64,000 nt of DNA from Asterias rubens (taxonomy: Eukaryota), in contig NC_047068.1 of assembly GCF_902459465.1 (NCBI RefSeq), positions 4,774,001 through 4,838,000 on the forward strand, written 5' to 3'. Numbering within the stretch: position 1 is the stretch's first letter; each line of letters opens with the position of its first letter. Below the pieces are notes generated by a model, which did not search any database, was not told the DNA's origin, and worked only from the letters and a program-made list of their open reading frames with translations. This document shows, one piece after another, positions 12,601-24,600 of this stretch. Made by a program: the position numbers and the translations under genes.

Positions 12601-15600
12601 ACATAGCAGTTAAAAAACTACTTGGTGTAAATAATCAATTGAAAGTGGACTATGTATGAAAGTGACTGTCTTAATTTATCAAACCATTAATAATTGTCTT
12701 AATCCAAACTTATTTGTCCTTGTTGATCTGCAGGTTGGGCTGATCTATGTGTTCAATCTCATCGTTGGCACTGGTGCCCTTACAATGCCATTGGCATTTG
12801 CGAGGGCAGGGTGGGCCATGGGTGGTGCTCTTATAACCATCCTTGCATTTGCCAGGTAAGCTAAAATGTTAATTAATTTCAACCCTGTGTAGTTGATGAT
12901 AATCTCAATAATCAAACCTGATAATGTTATCGTACACAAAGAGATTTAAAGATGTAAACTGTGTATTTGTGTAGCACTTTTGTTTTTAATTTGGAATGTT
13001 CTATTATTTTCAGTTTCCTAACAGCAACATTTGTAGTGGAGGCCATGGCGTCTGCTAATGCTGTAATAAGATTCAAACGTAAAGAGAAGAAAAGAGAGGT
13101 GAGACACTCTTAGTTTTTTTTATGTGCCTTGAAGTAGGTTGTCTCTTTCACCACATTTAATTACTGCAGTTCACTTTGTTATACTTGTAGACCTAACTGT
13201 TATCTAGGGCTATACTGTAGTTCACTTTGGGTATGTTCAGACAGCGTACTAAGTTAAACCCGAACCGGTTTAACTTCTACGAGCAGCAGGGGGTGGTCGT
13301 AAAAATAAAAACCCCTTGCGTTCAGACAGCACTGAGTTAAACCCGATACGGTTTATCTTTGGTTTTAAGAGGTCAAAGCAAACGCGGCCCCGTTACTCTA
13401 ACATCCTGTTTATTGGCCTGTTCATTGGTCACCGTGTGTTTACGTAATGATTACGGAGGTCAATGGGTTGTCTGTTGTGAGTTAAACCGGATGTGGTATT
13501 TTTTATTCTGTCCACACACAGTGTTAAAAGTTAAACCCGAAGCGGTCTAAAGATAAACCCCCTCCCTGGACGGTTTATCTTTTGTGGGTTGAACTCGATT
13601 CGGACTAACTTTAGAACCGTTCAGACACACTGAGTTGAACTCGATCGGTTTAAACCATGAGTTAAACCAACTTTAGTACTGTGTCTGAACGACCTCATTA
13701 TTATACTTGTAGGCCTAATTGTTATCTAGGGCTATACTGCAGTTCACTTTGTTATACTTGTAGGCCTAATTGTTATCTAGGGCTATACTGCAGTTCACTT
13801 TGTTATACTTGTAGGCCTAATTGTTATCTAGGGCTATACTGTAGTTCACTTTGTTATACTTGTAGGCCTAATTGTTATCTAGGGCTATACTGTAGTTCAC
13901 TTTGTTATACTTGTAGACCTAATTGTTATCTAGGGCTATACTGCAGTTCACTTTGTTATGCTTGTAGGCCTAATTGTTATCTAGGGCTATACTGTAGTTC
14001 ACTTTGTTATACTTGTAGGCCTAATTGTTATCTAGGGCTATACTGCAGTTCACTTTGTTATACTTGTAGGCCTAATTGTTTTCTAGGGCTATACTGTAGT
14101 TCACTTTGTTATACTTGTAGACCTAATTGTTATCTAGGGCTATACTGCAGTTCACTTTGTTATGCTTGTAGGCCTAATTGTTATCTAGGGCTATACTGTA
14201 GTTCACTTTGTTATACTTGTAGGCCTAATTGTTATCTAGGGCTATACTGCAGTTCACTTTGTTATACTTGTAGGCCTAATTGTTTTCTAGGGCTATACTG
14301 TAGTTCACTTTGTTATACTTGTAGGCCTAATTGTTATCTAGGGCTATACTGCAGTTCACTTTGTTATGTACTTGTAGGCCTGAAAAGCGGCAACAGTTGT
14401 GGTTTTGATAGAATATGCTCAACAGTGGTTAAATCTGTTCTTCCTTTCATTGCTGAACCTCTTAGCTACATCTTTAATCTGTCTTTTCTAACTGCTTCTG
14501 TTCCTCTCAACCTTAAAGTCGCTAAGATCATTCCTATTTTTTAAAACGGCAATAAGCAGGAATTCAGCAACTACAGGCCTATTTCTATCCTTCCTTGTCT
14601 TTCTAAAATCTTAGAGCGGCTTGTCCACAATCGCCTTTCTCAGTTCCTTTCCCACCATCGTATTCTTTTCGATCAGCAATATGGCTTTAGATCAAAACAC
14701 TCTACCGACATGGCCCTCATTGAACTTGTCGACAAAATTACCAATGCGTTCAGCAAAAAATTCTCTGCTATTGGTGTTTTCATTGATCTTTCTAAAGCTT
14801 TCGACACCCTTGATCACTCTATTCTTCTTTCCAAACTAAACCACTACGGTATCAGGGGTGTCCCGCTTCAATGGTTTGCTGATTACCTTTCTAACAGGTA
14901 CCAGTACACTACAGTAATGAGCTGTGACTCTAATCGTCAGAACATCCGGCATGGGGTGCCTCAAGGCTCTATCCTTGGGCCATTGCTTTTTTTGATTTAC
15001 ATCAATGATCTTCACAACTCTTCTTCGCTTCTGAACTTCACTCTTTTCTCCGACGATACAACCATCTTTTACTCTAGCCAGGACGTTACTTCCTTGATAG
15101 ACACTCTCAACTCTGAACTCTGCTCTATTTCTTTGTGGTTTAAAGCAAACAAACTTTCTTTAAATCACAATAAAACTAACTTTATTCTCTTTACCAAGTC
15201 AGCTCGTCCACTAGAGATTCTCTTGCCTCAACTGGTTATTGACAATATTCCCATCAACAGGGTATCTTCTGCAAAGTTTCTGGGCGTTACCATTGATCAA
15301 AGCCTTTCCTGGACAGACCACATTTCTTCTATTTCTAAAACCGTTTTCCGAAACACAGGCGTTCTATCTAAACTCCGCTTCTTTCTTCCAGCTACCTCTA
15401 TGCACTTACTGTACAACTCTCTTATTCTACCGTATTTGAATTATTGTAACATTGTCTGGGCGTATACCAGCAATAGTAAACTGAACGCCTTGTTTGTTAT
15501 CCAAAAAAGGGCCATTCGAATATGCACTTTTTCTCATTTCCGGGACCATTCTGCACCCCTTTTCGCGCGTCTATGCACCCTTACTCTTACTGACATCAAT

Positions 15601-18600
15601 AAACTTCAAACTGGCATTTTTATGTTCAAATATACTAATAATCTCCTTCCTCGAACATTTTCCACTTTCTTCACGTCGGTTCATGAAGTCCATGACTACT
15701 CAACCAGATCATGTAGGCCTAATAACCTGTTTCTTCCTTTCACCCGCACCCTGTACTCTAGCAACACCCTTTGATTCACTGGTCCACGTCTTTGGAATGC
15801 TAGGCCTATCTCTAGCAATTTAAGAACAATGCCGTCCGTGGGTCGATTCAAGATCTCTTACAAAAGAGTCCTCCTCTCCCACTATGTAACATAGCTTTTC
15901 TCTCCACTTATTTATTTTCTTTTGTCGTCTTCAGTTAGCCTGGTTTAACATTCTTTGTGTTTTTGTCATCAGCATTTTGTATTTTCATTGTGTAATTGTC
16001 TTGCCCTTGTTTCTTCTTCGATGTTTATTTGTTTGTTTGTTTGTTTGTTTGTTTGTTTTTGTTTGTGTGTTTTCTTGTCTGTATAAAGCCTCATGCTCTC
16101 ACTCCTGTCTTGTACATAGTTAATTCCTAGTTATTTATTTATTATCTGCTTTAAGATTATATTGTTTTTGTATAATTTAATACACTTTAGATTTGTTAAA
16201 TTTCTATGTACTGTTTAATTCTTACAATTGTTTTTTTTCTACAAGAGTATGGAATAAACGTTTATTGGAATTGAAATTGAAATAGGCCTAATTGTTATCT
16301 AGGGCTATACTGCAGTTCACTTTGTTATACTTGTAGGCCTAATTGTTTTCTAGGGCTATACTGCAGTTCACTTTGTTATGCTTGTAGACCTAATTGTTAT
16401 CTAGGGCTATACTGTAGTTCACTTTGTTATGCTTGTAGGCCTAATTGTTATCTAGGGCTATGAAGTGAGACACTTTAAGTTGTTTTTTTGTATCCTGAAG
16501 TAGGTTGTCTCTTTCACCACATTTAATTACTGCAGTTCACTTTGTTATACTTGTAGGCCTAATTGTTTTCTAGGGCTATACTGTAGGTCACTTTGTTATG
16601 CTTGTAGACCTAATTGTTATCTAGGGCTATACTGTAGTTCACTTTGTTATGCTTGTAGACCTAATTGTTATCTAGGGCTTTACTGTAGTTCACTTTGTTA
16701 TACTTGTAGGCCTAATTGTTTTCTAGGGCTATACTGTAGTTCACTTTGTTATACTTGTAGGCCTAATTGTTATCTAGGGCTATACTGCAGTTCACTTTGT
16801 TATTCTTGTAGGCCTAATTGTTTTCTAGGGCTATACTGCAGTTCACTTTGTTATGCTTGTAGACCTAATTGTTATCTAGGGTTATACTGTAGTTCACTTT
16901 GTTATGCTTGTAGACCTAATTGTTATCTAGGGCTATACTGTAGTTCACTTTGTTATGCTTGTAGACCTAATTGTTATCTAGGGCTATACTGTAGTTCACT
17001 TTGTTATACTTGTAGGCCTAATTGTTTTCTAGGGCTATACTGTAGTTCACTTTGTTATACTTGTAGGCCTAATTGTTATCTAGGGCTATACTGCAGTTCA
17101 CTTTGTTATACTTGTAGGCCTAATTGTTTTCTAGGGCTATACTGTAGTTCACTTTGTTATGCTTGTAGGCCTAATTGTTTTCTAGGGCTATGAAGTGAGA
17201 CGCTTTTAAGTTGTTTTTATGTATCCTGAAGTAGGTTGTCTCTTTCACCACATTTAATTACTGCAGTTCACTTTGTTATACTTGTAGGCCTAATTGTTAT
17301 CTAGGGCTATACTGCAGTTCACTTTGTTATACTTGTAGGCCTAATTGTTTTCTAGGGCTATACTGTAGTTCACTTGTTATACTTGTAGGCCTAATTGTTT
17401 TCTAGGGCTATACTGTAGTTCACTTTGATATGCTTGTAGGCCTAATTGTTATCTAGGGCTTTAAGTTGAATGTTTTCTGTAAGAGCAGCTCGATCCCTTG
17501 TGTTATGATGTACTAAAAGTACAGATATTTTCATCAATATAATCATTTTTGTTACATTTAAAATTTTACCAATTATATTTGATACTCTTTGCAACAATAG
17601 GAAGAAACTGTAATTTAGTTAACTTGCGGATACAACCATGTGTAAACCTCTTATGTGTGAGTGTTGGCTCTGAGAAGAGCCGGTTTGGTCTTGACATTTC
17701 GCACAGTATACACAGTACAGTATACTCTGCTCTTTGCAACAAATTGAGCTTGATGCAAGGTAGTAAAATCTTACATTTAAATACTTTTAAGTACTGCAAA
17801 TGTAAGATATTAATGCTTTATTATCTCAAGATTTACTGTTGGTATTTCTTATCCTTTATTAAGCTTGAAGATTCCTCAAGTGATTCAAATGAAGAAATGA
17901 ATCGTGACTACCCTCATGAAGTTGAGAGTGAAGAGAAACAAAGTTTGCTTCATCCTCCGCCGCTTCATCCTCGTGGTGAGTCTACTTTATTTCACAGGGG
18001 GAGGGGGGTTATAGTGCAAGGATCACCTTGGAAAAGTGGTATCTTTCCCTCCATTCCTTGGACCCAGTTTAGAATTCCACTGAAAACCAGAGGCTCATAA
18101 TCACAAAGTGGGTTTTATTTAGATCCTGCCTGATTGAATGGGTTTCTATGGAGTTGCAGAATTATTGGATTGATACAAGATTACAAGTATGGGACAGTGT
18201 TACATACAATTGCCAAGCACAAAGATTAATTTAACTCATAAACATCTTATATGAATTTTTGTTTTACCAGATAAAGATAAGACACATCCAGACTACTTTG
18301 ATATTACAGAAAGAGTTGAAATGGCAACGATGGCTTCACTGTTCTTTAACAAAGGTATTATAAAAAAGTATTCATAAATACCTCAGACAGTTTCGCTATT
18401 CCTATTGGTGGAGAGCGCGTCACATGGGGGTGTATAAACCTTTGATAATGACCAGTGTTTATAACCAGCTGCGCGCAAGATTATCACGCGGAACGCAATT
18501 CATAGCTAAAGTGAGTGCGTTATCTAAGCTTGCGCGCGTAATCTTAGCGCGCGCACATACACACAACCCACGCGCATCGAACAGATTCTTCACAAAGTAA

Positions 18601-21600
18601 AAAAAAATAATAATCAAACCTTGAGTTTTCATGTGTTCAAGTGTCTATAATTGTATTTTTTAAACATTTTTTAACAAAAGGGTATGAATGGGAATCAAAG
18701 AGTAGTGACGCGTTCTTAAACGTTCGTTTAAAACTTTGCAGGGTCGTTGCCGTACGATAAAGGCCCTTGCCTTCGGCTTGGGCCTTTATCACACGACCGC
18801 CGGCTTTAAACGGCCGTTGAAGAACTTGTCGCTACCCTTTTATTCCCTTATTCATAAAAATCTCCGACAGTTTCGCTATTCCTATTGGTGGAGGGCGCGC
18901 CCTGGGGGGTGTTTAAACGGTTGATAATGACCAGCTAGAGCTTTGTTTATGCGCACAAAGCATCTCCGAAAACTGTCTTAGTCATAACAATGCAACACAC
19001 GCACGTACGTACTGAGCTCAAGCATGTCGGAAAACTGATAAGTTTTACAGAGTTTCTTACTTTATTACGCCTTTTAACCAAAAAGACATTTATGAATAGG
19101 AATAAAAGAGAAGTGACTGACTTGCAAGGTCGTTGCCGTGCGATAAAGGCCCTCGCCTTCAGGCCTCGCTTTGGCTCGGGCCTTTATCACATGGCACTGA
19201 CCCTGCCGGTTTTAAACGCCCTTTTAAGACCTCGTAGTATGACAAAGGTTTTACATCCAAGGGAGGTTAGACTTTACCATTTCCTTCTGGACATTACATT
19301 ATTGCAGAAAGACAAATTTGTTTTTAATTCAAAATATAAACAAGATCATAGAAAAATGTTTGCCTTGGTGTGGTGATGAATGCATTATTGTGGCAGTTAT
19401 AGTTGTTTGTCTTGGTGTAGTGATGAATGCAGTATTGTGGCAGTTATAGAGAAGTGACTGACTTGCAAGGTCGTTGCCGTGCGATAAAGGCCCTCGCCTT
19501 TAGGCCTCGCTTTGGCTCGGACCTCAAACAACCATTCCTTCTTTCTTGTACCAACAAATCGCTTTGAAATCAATGAGGTGTGCAAACAACTAAACAATGG
19601 TGTAAGCTGTGGCTTTGATGGAATTAGTTCAACTGTGGTGAAGTCTGTAATTTCTTTTATCTCTTGGCCTCCTGCCCATATTTTCAATCTGTCCTTTCTG
19701 TGTGGCTCGGTGCCTTCTCAGCTCAAAATTGCTAGAGTCACTCCTATCTTTAAAAGTGGTGATCGCCATGACTTGCGGAACTACCGCCATATTTCAGTTC
19801 TTCCTTGTTTCTCTAAAATTCTTGAAAAACTTGTCTACAAACGACTCTTTAAATTCCTTTCTGACTTTCATCTTCTTTATGATTTTCAGTTTGGTTTTCG
19901 TAGCAAATTCTCGACAGATATGGCGCTAATTAAACTTGTTGATCATCTTAACAACTCTTTCACTGAGAAAATGTCTACTATTGGTGTCTTTATAGACCTT
20001 TCCAAAGCTTTTGACACCATTGACCATAGCATTCTTCTCTCAAAATTAGATCACTATGGAGTGCGTGGTGTGGCTAACCAATGGTTCGCTAATTATCTGT
20101 CTGACAGGAAACAATATACAGTTTTCAAAAACTGTGATTCCCCTCTAAAGACAATTGACGGCGGTGTTCCACAAGGCTCCATTCTTGGACCTTTACTGTT
20201 CCTTTTGTATGTAAATGATCTTTATCATTGCTCATCCGTCTTGTCTTTTATTCTATTTGCTGATGATACCACTATCCTTTTTTCTCACTCTAATATATCT
20301 TCTTTAAGCAATACCATCAACAGGGAACTAAGTCTGGCCTCGTCTTGGTTTAGATCTAATAAGCTGTCACTCAATTCGAGCAAGACCAAATACATGTTTT
20401 TCAGCAGGACTCGCAACGCTAACGACAACTTCACCATCAGTATTAATGATACTCCAATCGAACAGGTTCACTCGACAACGTTTTTAGGAGTTTTAATTGA
20501 TGATAAGCTGACCTGGAAAGATCACATATCCTCTGCTTCGAAAATTGTTTCTCGCAACACAGGCGTTTTGTCTAAGCTTCGTTCCTTTCTTCCCACACAC
20601 ACATTACTTTCTCTCTACAACACTCTTATTCTTCCCTATCTTAACTATTGTAATATTGTTTGGGCTCATTCAAGCACTAGCAAACTTCATTCTCTGTTCT
20701 TAATCCAAAAAAGGACTATCCGTATCGCTTCTATGTCTCATCGTCGTGACCATACCGCGCCCTTGTTTGCTAACTTGAACACACTCACACTCACGGATAT
20801 CAACAAACTTCAAACAGCCATTTTCATGTTCAAATACACAAACAATCTTCTGCCCCACACTTTCTCCAATTACTTTCCTTCTGTCAGCAACACGCACCTT
20901 TATAACACACGCTCCTGTAACAATCTCTATATCCCTTTCGCACGTACTTCTTACACAATGAACACTCTTCGCTATCATGGGCCCCGCCTCTGGAATTCAA
21001 TTGATAGGCGAATTCGCTCGCAGTCCTCTGTTGGTCGATTCAAAGCCTCCTTCAAAAAACACATTGTCTCCCATTATGTAACATAGTTGTGATTCTGTCA
21101 TTATTTTGGTTTAGTTCTATCGTCGTGGCCGTCTTGTGGTATTTGAATTGTTTGTTTGTTTGGTTTTGTTTGAGGTGTTAGTTTGAGGTGTTTGTTTGTC
21201 TGGTTGGGTGTTTTGTTTTTGCGTTTCGTTTATCCGTCTCGTTTTGATGTTATTGTTGTTACTATACGCTTTGTTTTATAATTTAAATGATCTTATTACC
21301 TTCCTTTGTTTTGTAAAAGGCATCCCAGCTTACAAGCTTTGCTTTAATGGGCCATGCCTCCATACAGTTTTCTGTCTTGTAACATCCTATTGTTTGTATT
21401 TGTATATTGTGTTTGTATGGAAATAAATGTTGATTGATTGATTGATTGATTGATAGTTGTTTGTCTTGGTGTAGTGATGAATGCAGTATTGTGGCAGTTA
21501 TAGTTGTTTGTCTTGGTGTAGTGATGAATGCATTATTGTGGCAGTTATAGTTGTTTGTCTTGGTGAAGTAATGAATGCATTATTGTGGCAGTTATAGTTG

Positions 21601-24600
21601 TTTGTCTTGGTGTAGTGATGAGTGCATTATTGTGGCATTTATAGTTGTTTGTCTTGGTGTAGTGATGAATGCATTATTTTGATTTGTCACAATTGTCCCC
21701 TCATGACGGCACTATCATATCACTGGTCCACAAACCTCTTTCACAAACCGTGTAAGGTGGTTGGTGTAGTGAGAGCATGGAGAGTGGTTGATGGAAAGTT
21801 GCAACAAATCAAAACAAGAACTACTTAAATCAAGACTATTGGAATGGTAAATGCATTGTTTGTCACAAAGTTTTAACTATGAACTATGAACTATGATATT
21901 TAAAAATATCGTACAGCCAGGTACATTGTGAGTGTTTGATGGAAAATTGCAACAAATCAAAACAAGGTCTTGCATCAAGACTAGTGGAACGGTAAATGCA
22001 TTGTTTGTCACATAGTTATAGATCATACAGCCAGGAACATTATTCTAATTTATCCTCTATGCAAAAATGAACCTTTTTTTGAACCATTGCAGTACCCAAT
22101 GCGAAGGATTCAAACTGCCTCTAGTTATCAGGCATTTGCTCTAGCAATGGAAAGGTTGTGGGTTTGATTCCCACTCGAGTAATTTTAGCAATGGAAAGGT
22201 TGTGGGTTTGATTCCCACTCGAGTAATTTTAGCAATGGAAAGGTTGTGGGTTTGATTCCCACTTAAGTAATTTTAGCAATGGAAAGGTTGTGGGTTTGAT
22301 TCCCACTCGAGTTATTTTAGTAATGGAAAGGTTGTGGGTTTGATTCCCACTCGAGTAATTTTAGCAATGGAAAGGTTGTGGGTTTGATTCCCACTCTAGT
22401 AATTTTAGTAATGGAAAGGTTGTGGGTTTGATTCCCACTCAAGTAATTTTAGCAATGGAAAGGTTGTGGGTTTGATTCCCACTCGAGTAATTTTAGTAAT
22501 GGAAAGGTTGTGGGTTTGATTCCCACTCAAGTAATTTTAGCAATGGAAAGTTTGTGGGTTTGATTCCCACTCGAGTAATTTTAGCAATGGAAAGGTTGTG
22601 GGTTTGATTCCCACTCGAGTAATTTTAGCAATGGAAAGGTTGTAGGTTTGATTCCCAATTGAGTAATTTTAGCAATGGAAAGGTTGTGTGTTTGATTCCC
22701 ACTCGAGTAATTTTTTTTCACAGAACTCAGGAAAGTACTTAGTATGCAGTGTTTTATACACATTATTGTGAGGGTTAAAAACAAATAAATACTCTTCACC
22801 CAGATGCAAAAGTTAACACCTATTAAACTAACAATAATTGTGTTTTTGTGTCATACAGTTGGTGTGAATCTTTTCTACATATGCATGGCAATCTACTTGT
22901 ATGGAGACATGGCAATCTATGCAGTGACTGTACCAGCATCTCTTAGAAACATCACATGGTATGCCTCATATTGCTTCACTACAAATTAAATACTAATACA
23001 TCTTGGCAGTAACTTTGTGTCCTTATTTGATAATGAATCCCTTGTGTCTAATTTAATTGAGCTGCTGCTAGCAGTAAATAGTTTGTTACAAACTTTGGTC
23101 TTGATTGTAGTTTCTTTTTACCCTTGCAGTTCATACGTTAAGGAGAATGCATCATTACCTCTAAGTGATGAAGACCCATGCTGGAATGGAAACAGTCTGA
23201 GTAGAATCAATGCATACAGAATATATCTGGTAAGATAATGCAACCTTTAAAAACTATTTTAAAGCCGTGTTCCCATTTGACATTTTCTTCTGTGGCCGTG
23301 ACTGGCGATTGTTTTAATCTGCAGTGCATACCTATCAGCGTTGTATTCCCTGACGATTGCAAAGCATTGTTATTACAGTGTGGACGAGGTAGGTTTAGAG
23401 CGCGGAACTTTTCCCATTGGAGTTTTTTTGTGGCTCAGATAAGTTACTGTGGCTGCGCAGAAGTCTTTCGCGACCTCTTTTGGCCTGTCAGTTTTACATC
23501 ACAGTCGTTGGAAGTTGACAGGGAGGTTAGTTTACCATGCTTCTTCATTGGATTTAATTTTGTAATTTTCCAAAAAAGTTGTACTTTAATAAAACGAGTA
23601 CAATGGGAACACAGCTTAATACATGTGACACCCCTATGACATAAGGCCTACTATTACAAGCATAGATTGTTTGTTTGTATAGCAAGCTTTGCTATTAAAA
23701 CAAGCCCTTTGTCATTAAGTACACTTGGACTTTGTTCACTGGGATTGTTTCCTTTGGTTCCTAGAAAATATTATAAAATTATACATCGTTTCTGTTTTCA
23801 GTCACAAAGTGACAAATGTATCAACAATTTCAAAATATGGCAAATCTTGCACAACTAATTAAGACAGTTACAGGATTGAACACCTATGACAGTTCTGTAT
23901 GATTGAAGAAGTCAGCTTCATTTTGTTGATAATTTAAGAGAAAACAAATGTAGGCTGTCTCCAAAAACAGCAGTTTAAACACAATTTTATTCAAATACAG
24001 GGTTGTGGCTGTTGTGCAGCTTTGTCAGCAAGTGAAAATAGAGAACTTTGTGAAAATGGTGACGACAGTCACATGATCCTTTATTGATTATTATATTACA
24101 GTGATCGGCTTGTGACCATGCAATGTTACAAAACTGTGATGTAATAACTGTACACACATATGATGGGTTCGAATCCTAATCCTACTCTCATCATTTCTCT
24201 CCAAATTGTTGTTTAGAGTGTAAAATGTGTTTCCTTATGTCTTTTTGAAGATTCCGCTTTTAGTCAACCTCATTTTGTGAACAGTTTAAATAAATTATTT
24301 GCTTGCTTTAATGCTGTTTTCAATGCCACAAAGAACCTAGTGTGCAAATCATGACTTTTATATCATAGAAATTGGTATTTTGTGATGAAGAGAAGATGTT
24401 TATTGCTGTCAAATCTAGCAAAGCAGGAGGGTCCAGAGTGTCAGTGACATCTAAAAGTCTGTTCTAAAAAGCTTGCCTCAGTTTACCCTTAACTCAGCCC
24501 TGGCTGTCCTTTTATTTGTTACTAACCACTTCAACTGGTGTTTTCTTTGTTTTAGACTGTATTTTCTGTAGTACTTGGCAGTTATGTTTTCTTCAATGTC

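Larger units (their letters stand above)
13163..17460. repeat. 51-bp minisatellite in TMEM104 intron 3, interrupted by a MITE and a LINE
   Basis: Unit TAGGGCTATACTGYAGTTCACTTTGTTATRCTTGTAGRCCTAATTGTTWTC. It produces the spurious 17-aa-periodic ORF at 13681-14544. Confidence 0.95.

Noticed and set aside
13681-14544. 287-aa Cys/Tyr-rich ORF with a 17-aa repeat
   Set aside because: It is a translation of the 51-bp minisatellite running into the LINE, inside an intron, with no real start context.
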